Shown piece by piece: positions 25,600-39,659 of a stretch of 64,000 bases of DNA. Source of the stretch: Octopus bimaculoides (taxonomy: Eukaryota). Position 1 is the stretch's first letter, and each line of letters begins with the position of its first letter. The translations under genes were made by a program, and so were the position numbers. The notes below the pieces were generated by a model. The model saw nothing but the letters and a program-made list of their open reading frames with translations, was not told the origin of the DNA and did no database searches. The DNA lies in the NCBI RefSeq assembly GCF_001194135.2, contig NC_068990.1, positions 27,945,696 through 28,009,695 of the forward strand, written 5' to 3'.

Positions 25600-25870
25600 T
25601 CCTCTCTCACGGACCAGATGAGTTGCACGTGTATAATATGTGAAAAATATGCAAGTACACTCTAGATCTTTGTACGATAATCTACCACAAAGTGACCCGA
25701 TCAATCAAGTGGAAGTTATAACTTTCGTCTAACACCTATCTTCAAAACATGCAGAACTGCAGCAGGAATGAATAGTCATGTGAGAGATCATGGACGAAAA
25801 GTCAAACATAACATGGACAAAAAGGTATCAGGAGAAATTAGAATCATCTGTGAAGATGGAGTAATCATCA
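25600..25870 (+). mobile_element. Decayed LINE 3' end with zinc-finger remnants
   Basis: TCIICEK is followed later by KTCRTAAGMNSHVRDH, and the region ends near ATCATCAT. Confidence 0.4.
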
Positions 25871-26159
25871 TGCATGTATAAATAAAGGAAAGAAATTTTT
25901 GTAATATTTTGCCTCGATTTCAATCCATTATCTTAATATCTCGAGAAGTCAAATCGGTTATTATTGTTATTCTTTTTGTGTGTGCGTGTGTGTGTTTTCT
26001 TTGTCATCGTTGTAGTTGTTATTATTGAATGTTGGATGATAAGCGTGTCCAAATGGTTGGTTAACTGTTCTTGTTATCGCAGTAATTTTATCTTCAATTA
26101 TAATGCTTAACGTATGCTCCCTGTCGTCTGGGCACTAGCGTTCAATACGTATGGTTAGC

Positions 26160-26209
26160 ATGTATTATCATTGTCGTTGTCGTCGTAGTCGTCGTCGTCG
26201 TCGTCGTCG

Positions 26210-26242
<33 letters not shown>

Positions 26243-26445
26243 CCATCATCACCATCAAATTTAAACAGTCGGATGATCAAACAGACCAGACGTTTATGTT
26301 TGTTACTGGTATACACGTAATATCACATCCGAAGAAGAAAATGTCAACTTTCAAGCAAAATATATATCCATCCGTCCATCCATCCATCCATCCATCCATT
26401 CATCCATCCACCCATCCATCCATCCATCCATCTATCCATACATAC
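26160..26445. repeat. (GTC)n-(CAT)n and (CCAT)n microsatellites
   Basis: Directly visible at 26170-26255 and 26365-26445. Confidence 0.9.
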
Positions 26446-27719
26446 ATACATGCGTCCACACACATTTATATACATATATACGTATATATTTATACATATA
26501 TATAGACATGTGTGTGTATATTTATATTTGTATAGGTATATGTATAAATATGCATGCACACACACACACACACATTTGTTGTCGTAACTGAACCTTATAT
26601 ACCACCCCTAGAGATCACGGACACCAAAGTCATAGCCACGAAGAAGACTGCTCGTTGGCTCAATTTCTTTGCCAACACTCTTATAGGTCAGACACCAGTT
26701 ATAAAGTAAGCTCTTTCACTATCTACTCTCTCCTTTTCATATACGTGTTGCTATGTTCCATGATAGTGTTGTTGTTATTGTTATTGTCGATGTTGTTTTT
26801 GTCAAAAAAAAAAAGAGATTACTCTATTTTGCTTTGTTTAAATTGATTCGTACTTTAAATACTGAATTAAACTTTTATATATATTTTTTGTTCATATTCG
26901 AAGGTTGGTATAAATGACTGAAACAGGGAGGCAATGGACTAAATAATAAAAGCTTTAGAATATTTTATCTCGTCTATTTACGACCTGACTTCAAATACAA
27001 CTTGGGTTGCCATTATCCTTTTATCTCGTTGGTGTAGTTAAAATAAGTTCCATTATTCTATTGCAATCGATCTGGTCGATTATGACACTCTTCTGAAAGT
27101 ATATATAGCTTTGTAGCTATGAAAGTATCGATATATTTGAATGCGTAAAATATATTTCAATTGTTAATATTTCGATTTTTTGGCGACATTTTAAATCTGT
27201 TTCTTTTTTTTTTACAGTAAATATATATATAACTATTCACCAAAACCTGAAGCTGTTACTGTTTCACTTTATATTTCATGAGTTTCACACCTCCACTCAC
27301 AACAACGCTCGATTTATAGAAATCTGTTAAGCTTCTTAACAGTGTGAGCCATACATCCACCTGTTTGCATGAATACCAACGTGGTTTTTCTTTCTTTTCT
27401 TTTCTTTTTTTTTTTTTAGATTCTCTGAATGCATTTATTTTCTTTCAGATTGATCTTTCTGCGAAATATTTCGTTCAACAACTAACGAATAAATATTACT
27501 GTCACAGCCACAATATCAGAGAAAAACTTCATGCTTTAGGAAATGAAAAATTATATTAGGCATTCCACCCACCTCGATCATTTTAATTAAAACGGACAAT
27601 CCAAACATTATGTTTGCCTTTGACACTACAATGAACAAAATTTTAAACTAAAGCTAAAATCTAAAATTAGAAAGTCTTGAAGGAATGACACTGCCCCCAA
27701 ATCAGCCAAGAAATCTTTC

Positions 27720-27746
27720 CTAATAATAATAATCATAATATTAATG

Positions 27747-27787
<41 letters not shown>

Positions 27788-27886
27788 AAAAACAACATTA
27801 CTAATAATAAGGACAATGATAAAAAAGGATGATAATGACGATGATGATGATATTTATTATTATCATTATTACTATTATTATTATTA

Positions 27887-27925
<39 letters not shown>
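27720..27925. repeat. Degenerate (TTA)n tract flanking the 3' end of the Dong-like element
   Basis: Directly visible. Confidence 0.9.
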
Positions 27926-27927
<2 letters not shown>

Positions 27928-28685
27928 ATTCAGTAGTTTTACTTTTATAACGTGCTTTCACCTCACTACCGAGCGCAGCTCTGTGCGCCTTGGGTATGTA
28001 CTGTGGTTTGCTGTGGTGCTCTTATGGTTACTGTATTGAAAGTGTTTTGCGTAGGATGTGTGCTGTGCCCAGTAGTGCAATTTTTTGTATGTTATATATA
28101 TTTGTAAGTCCTGGTGTTTATGTTATGTATTTGTCTGAATATTTTTTTTATTATACCTAAAGCACCTACTATAATAGGAATTGTTTCTGTTTTTAGATTT
28201 CACATTCGAGTTACCTCTATTTCCAGGTCTTTGTATTTTGAAAGTTTTTCCATTTCTTTTAGAGAAACGTTGTCATCTGCTGGTATTGATACATCAATTA
28301 GAAAGCATTTTTTTTCTTCGTGGACTTTGACAACTATATCTGTCCTATTTGCCTTAATTTCTCTAGCTGTGTGTATTGGCATATCCCAGATTATGGTTGC
28401 TTTCTCGTTTACTGTGACCTTTTCTGGCGTGTGTTTATACCATCTTTTTTCTGTTGTTATTCCATAGTGTTGGCATAGCTTCCAGTTTATATAGGTCCCT
28501 GTTCTGTCGTGTCTGTGAATATATTCCTTCTTAGCCAGGACTGGGCAGCCAGAGATAATATGATTTATTGTTTCTTGTCCATCTTCACAAATTCTACAGT
28601 TACTTGTTATGCTTTTGGTAATTTCTGGTGGAGAGGCTTTGGTCTTGTGCAGCAATTAATAATCCTTCAGTCTCTGCTTTGCGAC

Positions 28686-28687
<2 letters not shown>
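27926..28687 (-). mobile_element. R4/Dong-like RLE non-LTR retrotransposon, 5'-truncated copy with intact 3' end
   Basis: It reads AETEGLLIAAQDQSLSTRNYQ, the CCHC motif CRICEDGQETINHIISGC, and the RLE NRTDIVVKVHEEKKCFLIDVSIPADDNV..KYKDL. The stop is at 28028-28030, followed by a 3'UTR of about 100 nt. (TAA)n lies on both sides. Confidence 0.92.
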
Positions 28688-28753
<66 letters not shown>

Positions 28754-28770
28754 CATCATCATCATTATTA
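28688..28770. repeat. (TTA)n tract at the 5' junction of the Dong-like element
   Basis: Directly visible. Confidence 0.95.
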
Positions 28771-30206
28771 ATCGTATCATTTTAAATAATTTATTGGACC
28801 TAAAGGCTCGAATACACACAGGGAGTACAAAACATTCTCTAAGGCGACGAGAAAGAAAACATGTGCTTTGTGAGAGACATGTTGTACAATAACGAGGAAC
28901 GGCTGTGAATTTATATGAATGCACGAATGAAGATTTTTAAAATATATTTAGGCAATTATTTTGTATGAAATAACTAAAGATTTCAATAAAACATACACAT
29001 TTAGCAAGATATAATTAAAACAAAAGAAAGCTGAAAAATTGTTTTCTTGTTAGGACTGTTTAGCAAACCACGCGTCTTTACCTGCTGGCCAGTTTTCGTG
29101 TTGGTCTCCTGTTCACTGAAAAGAACCAGTTTACAATATTTTGAGTCAGTTGTGATTAAAAAACATTAAACATCTCCAGGGTAAAATTGTTTTAATTCAT
29201 ATTGTAGTGTCTTTATTTGACTTTTACAAACAATTGACTTTTACAAACAACTGCATGATGCCTGTAATCTAAAACATAACCACACTTGTTTTATTTTAAA
29301 TTGTTTTGAAAATTACTTGCACTAGAAACACGTTATTTTGTCGATATGCTGATAGATCGATTTTTCTAAGGAAATTGAATCTTAGTTCCATGTCCTCCTC
29401 TTCATTTTCGTTATTTTATTGAGAAGTGTTATCCTTCTTTTAAAGAAGTTTTTTTCTCGTTCCCGTCTTGCAATATTTTGTGTTGCCCCTCCTTTTCTTG
29501 AAAGTTGTTCCTTTATTGTCTCCTTCCGGTTTCTATATTTTCGAATGCAGCTTTTTTGATACGTTAAAAGAGAATAGAATGGTGCGACTTTTTGTTACGG
29601 TTTGTAGACGAAACGTTTGTGCTTTTGTTTCGAAATAAATCTAAAACCTATTTGCCATTGCAGCTACGGCGTTTTGACGGGAGATGACCTGTTTGGAACC
29701 TTTCACATTTTTTCTTTTGCTGACTCAGTGGGTCTTCATTACTTTTCGCTCGGTCATTTTTGTTCTTCGAGACAAAAGACTACGAGAAATAACAAAGTAT
29801 ATTTTGCGGTATATCATTATTCTCGCTGCAGCCTTTCGGGTTTATTAAGACTTGCAAATCTATTTTGCCTCTGCCCGACCAAATATCACTTTTTGTTAAC
29901 CCTGCTTAAACCACTCAACCACACAAAAATACAAAACTGACTATTATATTTTCACCCTACAATTTCTGCCACCTAGGTACTGTGAAACAAATGTATAGCT
30001 GTAGGACTGTCTAACAATATCTTCTTGTATAACCGAACTTTCAGCTTTGAAAATGTAGAGAATAAGATGGAAACCTATCTCTCTTTTGATTGAAATGATT
30101 TCACCTAAGGATGTGTCTGTTGCAATTCTTACCGCAAAGAATAAATGTCCTTCCACTTGCTCTAAACTGCATGCAAATAGTTAATAGATCTTATATTCTC
30201 TTTGCC

Positions 30207-30310
<104 letters not shown>

Positions 30311-30929
30311 ACTTATCTCTTTGTCTCACTCACACACGCCCACACTCACTCACTCTCTCTGTCTCTATTGCATTAGTTCCTACAGCAATGAAATATTGTT
30401 CTCCCAAGAGAACTGGGTTATTCCTAAACAAGCTCTTTAAGTGTTATAGAGGCAAGAGTTGCTTTAACTTAGCTATTATAGGAACGATCTAAAGATTAAA
30501 TGCCGTCACTGTTGTGGTCTATGGTTTTGTTACACCCGCTATCTTCAGAATTACCTGTTTTAAGCGTTTTAGGGGATTACAATGTTTCGGTTTGTTATTT
30601 TGGTTCATTCAGCTGTGTATTCTGTTATCGTGGTATTCTGTTCTTGTGTTACGTTTGTTAGCTATTGTAATGCTGTATTGCATACGGTAATTATGTTTGG
30701 AAGTCATCTGTTAAGTTAAAATGGTGCTTCTGTTTAAATAAACGTGCGTTCCAAACAGAACTATTTTTTTACTTTCTCTCCTCCTAAGTTGCGAAAACAA
30801 GGTTTCCACAAGGTATCGTATTGCTCTTCAGCAACTGCTCCAAATATAGTTTTATTTAGTAATGCTGTAAATATGGTCTGACTTTGTAACAGATAAGCAT
30901 GCATGTCTACACTTCACCAAGAAATAATA

Positions 30930-30941
30930 ACAGTGACAATG

Positions 30942-31034
<93 letters not shown>

Positions 31035-31121
31035 GTAATAAAAATCAGAAGAATAATGGTACTAATAGTAAAATTAATAATGGTGATGATGGTAACAGTA
31101 GCAAAAAAAAACAATATTACT

Positions 31122-31153
<32 letters not shown>

Positions 31154-31185
31154 AACAGGGGCAGGAGCAGCAGTAGCAGCAGTAA
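30930..31185. repeat. Compound trinucleotide microsatellite (AAT)n-(GAT)n-(CAG)n
   Basis: Directly visible. It explains the poly-N/D/S and poly-I/M ORFs. Confidence 0.9.
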
Positions 31186-31729
31186 CTGTGTCAATATTTT
31201 GTTCAAACTACCAATATCAATTATTAACATTTCAGGTTTGCTTTTGCTTTGGAAAAGGACATCAAATGAAAATGAATTGAAGGTATCTTTCCTTTCCGGT
31301 ACACAGACTACCAACGAATTATTCCATATTTCAAGTCTGCTTTTGATTTTGTGAGCCTGCAAAAAAAATAAGAAAATAAAATAAGAAAAAAATAGAATTA
31401 TAACAATTCGAACAATATCTTCCATATGGAAAAAATACGGTCATATTTCGTGTTAGCATTTATTTTTTCTCTTTCTATTTTATTCTAATAGTCGTAGGTC
31501 GCTGTTGAAATAGCAGAATAATGGCCTGATAAAAGCATTAACGGTGTTTAATTTATTCTTTTCGGTTCTTACTTTAAAAATCCTCACTATGCTCCTATTT
31601 TTTCTTTCATCCATCATGAGTGGATATAAGGAATTACTAGTCATATATCGGGGTCGACTTCGACGATTGGCTCTTCTTGGGACAGTAATTACACTCATGC
31701 ATTGAAAATGTCACGAGCTACAGAATTTA

Positions 31730-31950
31730 GCTCGGTTTCCAAGATGCATATTTGGCTGAGACAAGAACAGCAACACTCTTCCCTTCAACGGGATGCTGAT
31801 CTGTCTCCGGGATAACTGGTATTGCTGGAAAGCATCAGCCCCTCAGTGAACTGGAACAACGTGAAATGAAGGAATTTACTGGAAGACAAAACGCTCGGTC
31901 CGGGAATTGAAACCACAGTCTTAGGATCTCGAGTGCTATCTTCTAGTCAC
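31730..31950 (-). mobile_element. SINE family C copy, degenerate
   Basis: CAGTGAACTGGAACAACGTGAAATGAAG..GGGAATTGAAACCAC is the antisense of the head/CORE region. Confidence 0.7.
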
Positions 31951-33869
31951 GCATCTAGGTCACGCATTTAGGGTAAATTTAGAAGTCATCATGTGAAATT
32001 CGTTGGTACTTCTTTAATGCATAGTATACCCAATTTGGTAAACCAGGGTANNNNNNNNNNTAGATAGATAGATAGATAGATAGATAAACCAAAGCACCTG
32101 TGAGTGTGTGTGTTTGTGTGTGTGCGTGTGTGTGTGTGTGTGTGTGTTTGTAAATTTGAGAACAAAGAGTTATTCATAAGGGATTAATATTCCGGGCAAA
32201 ATATTATTTTAAGCTCTTTACAGATACAAGAACATCGGGTCATCAAAAAGGTTTGTGATTATTAGTGTACTCCATGACAACCGATGTCATAATTCAAAAT
32301 AGAAGTCCATTAACAGTTGACCTTTTAAATCCATCTTTGCATTACTGTTTTAATATGTTTCCACAGAGTGGCATATAAAAAAGCATAAATATTGGGCCTT
32401 ATACGTTTATTTGTGCGTTATAGGCTTACAGATGTTTCATATATATNNNNNNNNNNNNNNNNNNNNNNNNNNNNNNNNNNNNNNNNNNNNNNNNNNNNNN
32501 NNNNNNNNNNNNNNNNNNNNNNNNNNNNNNNNNNNNNNNNNNNNNNNNNNNNNNNNNNNNNNNNNNNNNNNNNNNNNNNNNNNNNNNNNNNNNNNNNNNN
32601 NNNNNNNNNNNNNNNNNNNNNNNNNNNNNNNNNNNNNNNNNNNNNNNNNNNNNNNNNNNNNNNNNNNNNNNNNNNNNNNNNNNNNNNNNNNNNNNNNNNN
32701 NNNNNNNNNNNNNNNNNNNNNNNNNNNNNNNNNNNNNNNNNNNNNNNNNNNNNNNNNNNNNNNNNNNNNNNNNNNNNNNNNNNNNNNNNNNNNNNNNNNN
32801 NNNNNNNNNNNNNNNNNNNNNNNNNNNNNNNNNNNNNNNNNNNNNNNNNNNNNNNNNNNNNNNNNNNNNNNNNNNNNNNNNNNNNNNNNNNNNNNNNNNN
32901 NNNNNNNNNNNNNNNNNNNNNNNNNNNNNNNNNNNNNNNNNNNNNNNNNNNNNNNNNNNNNNNNNNNNNNNNNNNNNNNNNNNNNNNNNNNNNNNNNNNN
33001 NNNNNNNNNNNNNNNNNNNNNNNNNNNNNNNNNNNNNNNNNNNNNNNNNNNNNNNNNNNNNNNNNNNNNNNNNNNNNNNNNNNNNNNTATATATATATAT
33101 GTAATAATAATAATAATTCATCTCCCTTACAAACAACATACATGTAATCTGTTTTACTTATATAGTTTCTACTGTTTTTTCAAGTGTTGTAAATACGTCA
33201 TTATTTGGCTGTCTCCTCTATATCAAGGAGGCGTTAAGCTTACTTCTGCATTCTGACGAACATATTCAGGATTTACTCAATAATCCCACAATCACAGAAA
33301 GATCCTTTTAAATCTATTCTTGAGAAATTGGCTAGAATTGTCAGAGCAACAGACAAAACGCTTGGGGGTATCTTTTCTGGGTATCTTTCTCCGCTTCAAA
33401 TTTCCTTGAGACCATCCTTATTTCATATGTTTAGGGTGAATAAAGTGAGTACCACGATAAAACCACGCATTAGTTAAAACGTGATAACTGGTACTTCGTC
33501 AATTACGACGATGAGGGTTCCATTTGATCCGATCAACGGAAAAAAAACCTGAGAGACAAGCTTTCTGAATTTGTTATGGATCTTTGTGTTTTGAGTTGAA
33601 ATTCAAATCTCGCTGTGAAATCTATTCTACATTTGAATTAATAGCGCCAGCTATATTCCTACACCTTTGTGTCCATTCGCGGATTCCTTTCAGTGGTAAT
33701 CATTCTGGTCAGTCTTCTGGTTTGATAATGCCTTCTGTGCTCACTCCAAACAGGCTCCAACCATTCCCGGTTCCTCCAGTCAGTTACTGCACTCTGCCTC
33801 GTATCTTTGGACTAACAGTTCAATGAAATTGTATTAACTCAGGAAATGAAAGATTATTAACTGACATCT

Positions 33870-34425
33870 CGTGAGTTGATCCGTTTAATGGAACAGCCTG
33901 CTTCTGAAATTAACATGCAAGTGGCTGAGCTCTCCACGGACCCACATACCCTTAACGTAGCTATTAAGGAAATTCAACATGATGAAACCAATGTGATAAG
34001 GCTGGTCCTTTGAAATGCAGGTACAACTCGTTTTTGCCGGCTGAGTGGACTGCAGCAACGTGAAATAAAGTGTCTTGCTCAAGGACGCAAGAGACCGCCG
34101 GGAATCGACCTCGAGACCTTACAATGTTATACCGATAACTCTAACCACTAAGTCTCATGGCTTCACTATACGAAAGTTAAACAAGCGAGAGGTATTATGA
34201 ACATGAGAACCAAATACCTGCATTGGTCTTTAAATAACGAACTCTTCGTTGTTAGTCCAATAACTTACTTATGTGGCTTTTAATGCCCCACTTAATACAG
34301 GTGAGTGGACTGAAGCAACGTGAAGTGAAGTGTTTTGCTCAAGAATAGAACGTATCACCCGGTGCAGGAAACGAAACCACAATCTTACGATCGTGAGTCC
34401 AACGCCCCAAAAACTAAGCCATGTG
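33870..34425 (-). mobile_element. SINE family C: a near full-length copy (33870-34165) plus a second head (34295-34425)
   Basis: The motif TGAGTGGACTG.AGCAACGTGAA.T.AAGTGT.TTGCTCAAG occurs twice, and both copies have tRNA-like heads. A tail remnant also lies at 33490-33560. Confidence 0.85.
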
Positions 34426-36704
34426 TGTAAGTAGGAAGCTATAATCGAAATTGTTCTTCTGTATAATTACTTGTAGAACTCTCTAATAATGTGAGTAACT
34501 AAGAAAGGTTTCCCATTTTGTGACATTTCAAAAGACTTCTCTTCCTTTAAAATCCATTAATTTTGTATATCCTATTTAAGATATAAATACTTTTATGTCG
34601 TTCAACTAAGAAGCGACACTTAATATACTTTGTACGTAAATAAGAAACTTTAACTGAAGCTCAATTCTGTTCACACGATACGGCTTCCTTTCTTCCATAA
34701 ACTTAACACAGATAAATGTATCTCCTGAAATACATTCATCGGGGAATCTTCGCATACACACTTTTTATATTCTGCATTTTCACCTCAACGAAATTTTAAA
34801 CTGAACATCAATCTTGGAGCTACATTTGCACCGCACACTGCATTACTCCGACCAAAAGTAATTTCATGCAACTTGATCCCTTAACTATATAATTGTAGCA
34901 TCAGTATGTATATTTAGCCATTCAAGAAACACAACCTGAATAATATTAGATATTTGGAAAAGCTGAACTTAGCTAAGTACAATTAAAACAAAAATAAAAT
35001 GTGAGTTATTTTCCAGTCAGTGTTTCAACATCTATATTATCCTCGATGCTTTTCATGTCACAGAGGGTAAAACTTGATCTGAATGAGAGCTGAGAGCTAT
35101 TTCTGAACGGTATGTTTCTACTTTTCTTTAACTTCAGGCTAGGAGGTGCAAGCGGACCTGAGGAGGCGACTAAACTTAACAAAGGAAACCAGATATGTTC
35201 CTGTTCTCCATAAATGCGAAAACAATCATCGTGGGGTAATTCATAGTACCTCTGGAAGTACAGACTCAATATTTCCGACGAGCTAAATCAAAATAGTAGG
35301 GCTCAGGCTATTAGGTACATCTCAAGGGCTTGCATGCAGCGTCGTTCCTCATTGAAGTTAGCTGCTGCTGTTTCAACCTACACCAGTGCGCTGTTTCCTG
35401 CAGAAGATATGTCTGAAATCTAAACAAGTGAAGAAAGCCATCAAAGAAATAGGAAATGCAGTTGAAACTAGTTCAAACTGGATGTGGTTGATATGAGAAC
35501 GCACGTATATCCTTTACTTCGTCGCTGTCCTGCTCAGATGAAATGTAAAGACTAAGGAGAGAGAAGCTTCTAACCCGTATATATCTGATGATACGGATGA
35601 GTTTCCAGCAATGGATTTAGAAAAGCTTGTTAAACCTGTGAGTGACCCCTGCAGCTTCTACATGGGGCAAAGCATTTCTGATATTTATTTAACCTATTCA
35701 TTTCACCTTCACATTGAGAAAATGACCGGTTGATGTTACATGACGTATGTTAGGATGCGCACAACTGCATGCACTTAAAGCTGTTTTGTGCAATTGATAT
35801 TTTTGTTTTCTTTGTTGGCATTATCAATTCTAATTCTTTCCAAATATCAATATAAACACAACAGACCCGATTTTTTATGTCAGGAAAACATACGTAGCGC
35901 ATCCGCATTGGTTATATAGAAAATAAGAAATCTGAAAATAAAAACGGCTACTTCTGACAAAAGCTGTTAATACAAGGGAGATAACTGTTCTATCGCAACA
36001 TTAGGCTGGATCAGAAATTTTAATCTGAAATTGAGGGATAGGTGGAAGAAATGCATGCGGTTCTAATATTTAATTCTTTTCATTATTATGAAGATTTTAC
36101 AATTTTTAATTGTAGGTAACCATGTAAAGTATTTTTTTCATTCTTTTTAGAAATTTCCAGCATCACATCAACTGTGACATTAATTAGATAGGAGTAGAAT
36201 TTAATCAACATTTAAGATGAAATTCATTACAATCTTTAAGAAATGCATTAGTTGTTCTTTTTTTCACAATGCATTGGCAGTTTAAGAACCGCATTCCATG
36301 AACTTTTTAATACAGATGGGTATATTGCGTGTACTATACATGAAAAAGAAATTACGTAAACCTGTAGAAAGCTCATTCAATATGTGACAAAAGCATTCCA
36401 GTATATTTGTCCTGATAGTTTTGTATTTAATGATAAACAATATAGTTTTCATTAATCTAACAACTAAACCAAACTTTTGAAGTGGCTGACGACTGACGTT
36501 ATTCTATTCCGACATCATGTTTTCTCACATCATGTTTGAAACGAGCAAATGAAATTTAAATAATTTCGATGACAGATATTTTACAGAGAGGATTTTCACA
36601 GAGATTTATAACAAAACAAACTAAAATATTTCAAATATTCCCATCGAAAATATCATTAGATATTTATGTCAATCTTCTCACCAACAAATGGTATGTATAT
36701 TTGC

Positions 36705-36706
36705 AT

Positions 36707-36762
<56 letters not shown>

Positions 36763-37671
36763 TTATCTATCTATCTATATCTATATCTATATCTATATCT
36801 ATATATGTGTGTGTGCGTGTGTGTGTGTGTCTGTGTGTGTATGTATGTATATATGTACTACATATGTAGGAAATTCTGTTTGTGGGTGTAGCTAACTTCT
36901 ACATCATTTTATCGACTATTGATGAAACTTGACACGTGGAACTCATATCGGGATACCTCATGGTATATTCAGATCGTTTGAAAATCGATAATAGGGTCCC
37001 TGGAAGGGATCCGTATATATGGCCAAGGGAAATAACCCATTTATTTTCCTAAATTATTTGGTATAAATCAAACTGAGTATGCTTATTACTTAGTGTTTGA
37101 ACTATTAGAGATATTTTCGCAATTTATCCAGTGCAACGCTTAAACAAGTAAATAGTATTTTCCTAAACAATAGATCCACATATTTTGGGGTGATGATTTA
37201 TTCACGAATATACCAACACTAGGGACCCTGAGGATAATATTCTCTGGGAACACTGAAAAACCCTTTTCAGAGTTATTTACTTTGAATTATTAACTCATAT
37301 GTGATTAGCCTGTTATTACATAACATGCTTAACGATTTTAGTATACATGCCTTATTAGTATTTCCTCCTATGTTCTATATCCTCTGGGAACGCATTAAAG
37401 CCCTTATCAGGGCAACATTATATGAATTCTTACTATCGGGTAACTGATTTCTTGTTAATACATAACTTACTTCACAATTTGGGTATTCATAACTATTTGA
37501 GAATTCCTAAAGACAAGACTCTTTACAGTTCGTTATTCTCTGTAAATGCACAAAAACTGCTTTAAGGGCTACATACTTTGTTTTGTTACTATTGGATTAG
37601 CGTAACAATTATGAGAAATAAACCAAAGGATAAGCCCCGCTTTCCTGGGAATTACCGGGTACGTCAGCTGT
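36705..37671 (+). mobile_element. Probable non-autonomous Helitron-like element
   Basis: It starts in a (CTAT)n/(TA)/(TG) block and has internal imperfect direct repeats (ATATTCTCTGGGAAC.. at about 37278 and 37378). The 3' end has a GC hairpin CCTGG-GAATTA-CCGGG followed about 8 nt later by a degenerate CTAG (GCTG|T). Confidence 0.45.
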
Positions 37672-38603
37672 TATATATATATATATATATATATATGCCT
37701 GTCTGCTTCTGTGTCTATTCATCTCCCTTTTTTTCTTTCTTTCTCTCTCTCTTTCCTTCTCTCTTGATATAAATACACACACGCACACACAAACATATGC
37801 TTGAGCATAGGTCAAAGTAGGCATGTATGCATATATTATGCATACAAATATCTAAAACTTTTATGCAGATATTCACATATTCACAATATATCTTCATATC
37901 TTCGTCTCTCTATATGTCATCTGTATGCAAATGGATATTCTTTGAAGTTTCATAGAATGAGCCCTCTACAACAATTTATATTATATGCACTCACTTGCAT
38001 TAACACAGCAATACATTTAGATAATTAATTTGCATTTATGTAATATAACACTGCATAAATGAATGATGTATGTTGTTTTTTCTTATTGAAACCAGAAGAT
38101 ATGTTTCAATCTATCGGGATCAATCTATGGTGGAAATTAGGTTCTTAAAGAACGATGACGGTGCTTTGAATCACCCACGCAGCCTCTTAAGTTCTGGGAA
38201 CAGATGAAATACAGCAAGAACGTAAAATTTAAGCGTAGGTTTATTGCGAAATTTTGATGGAGACAATAATATTCAGATTTTAAAAGAAAATAAATATCGG
38301 TTCTCTGCAGCATTTCCAATAAGCAGGTGGCCATCGGAATAAATTCTAAAAGTCTAGTCAAGGAAAGAAATCACACATGTTTACATGCGTCCAGGTATAT
38401 AACACACATAGATAGATTCATATTTACGTTTAAGCATAAAGTTTTGCAGAAAGATACATGTACGACTGGCATTGATAATAAAGATAACAAAGCAACTACC
38501 TATAACACACATATGTAACAACTCTGGTAGGTTGCTTAACGGTATTTTCTTCCATACACGCACACAAATATATATACATACATAAATATATCCATGCACA
38601 CAT

Positions 38604-38673
<70 letters not shown>

Positions 38674-39211
38674 NNNNNNNNNNNNNNNNNNNNNNNNNNN
38701 NNNNNNNNNNNNNNNNNNNNNNNNNNNNNNNNNNNNNNNNNNNNNNNNNNNNNNNNNNNNNNNNNNNNNNNNNNNNNNNNNNNNNNNNNNNNNNNNNNNN
38801 NNNNNNNNNNNNNNNNNNNNNNNNNNNNNNNNNNNNNNNNNNNNNNNNNNNNNNNNNNNNNNNNNNNNNNNNNNNNNNNNNNNNNNNNNNNNNNNNNNNN
38901 NNNNNNNNNNNNNNNNNNNNNNNNNNNNNNNNNNNNNNNNNNNNNNNNNNNNNNNNNNNNNNNNNNNNNNNNNNNNNNNNNNNNNNNNNNNNNNNNNNNN
39001 NNNNNNNNNNNNNNNNNNNNNNNNNNNNNNNNNNNNNNNNNNNNNNNNNNNNNNNNNNNNNNNNNNNNNNNNNNNNNNNNNNNNNNNNNNNNNNNNNNNN
39101 NNNNNNNNNNNNNNNNNNNNNNNNNNNNNNNNNNNNNNNNNNNNNNNNNNNNNNNNNNNNNNNNNNNNNNNNNNNNATAGATAGATATATGAATATGTGT
39201 GTCTGTGTGTA

Positions 39212-39249
<38 letters not shown>

Positions 39250-39499
39250 TGTGAGTGTGTGTGTGTATAGTGTGTGTGAAAAAGAGAGATAAAGAGAGGG
39301 GAAGGAGGGAGAGAGAGAGAAAGGAAGATATTAGCACAGATGTATTCCTGACTGCCTGCCTGTGTAAGAAAACAAAATTGTTTGTGTTGTACTGCCAGTT
39401 TCCCAACTATTCTCTAACACAGACATCTGTCTGATTATTTTGTCTTTTGAAAGCAGCGGTGTAACAGTTCAGGTGACGCCATTTTGATACGACTAGCAC

Positions 39500-39650
39500 T
39501 ACAAAGTAGGCAGAAACGTTAGTACGCCGGACAAAATGCTAAGCGACATTTCGTCTGTCCGAACAGACCGGGTTCAAATTCCGCCGATATCGACCTTCAC
39601 TTTCACCATGTCGAAATCGATAAAGTAAGCACCAGTTGAGCACACCAATA
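39500..39650 (+). mobile_element. SINE family A, 5' two-thirds
   Basis: GGCAGAAACGTTAGTACGCCGGACAAAATGCT..GGGTTCAAATTCCGCCG. Confidence 0.8.
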
Positions 39651-39659
39651 GAAGAGAAT

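Noticed and set aside
30124-30170. 34-nt minus-strand micro-exon candidate (GCG|GTAAGA donor)
   Set aside because: It is too short to assess, two frames are open, and the peptide is not recognisable.
30899-31354. 151-aa poly-N/D/S ORF
   Set aside because: It is built almost entirely from (AAT)n, (GAT)n and (CAG)n repeats and has no domain or splice support.
33270-33450. Open frame with a GTGAGT donor on the plus strand, and FSRIDLK (Gypsy RT-like) on the minus strand
   Set aside because: Neither reading extends into further recognisable motifs, so chance cannot be excluded.
35006-35640. Higher-complexity segment containing an 87-aa minus-strand ORF
   Set aside because: All frames checked are interrupted by stops within 40-90 codons, and I recognised no motif.
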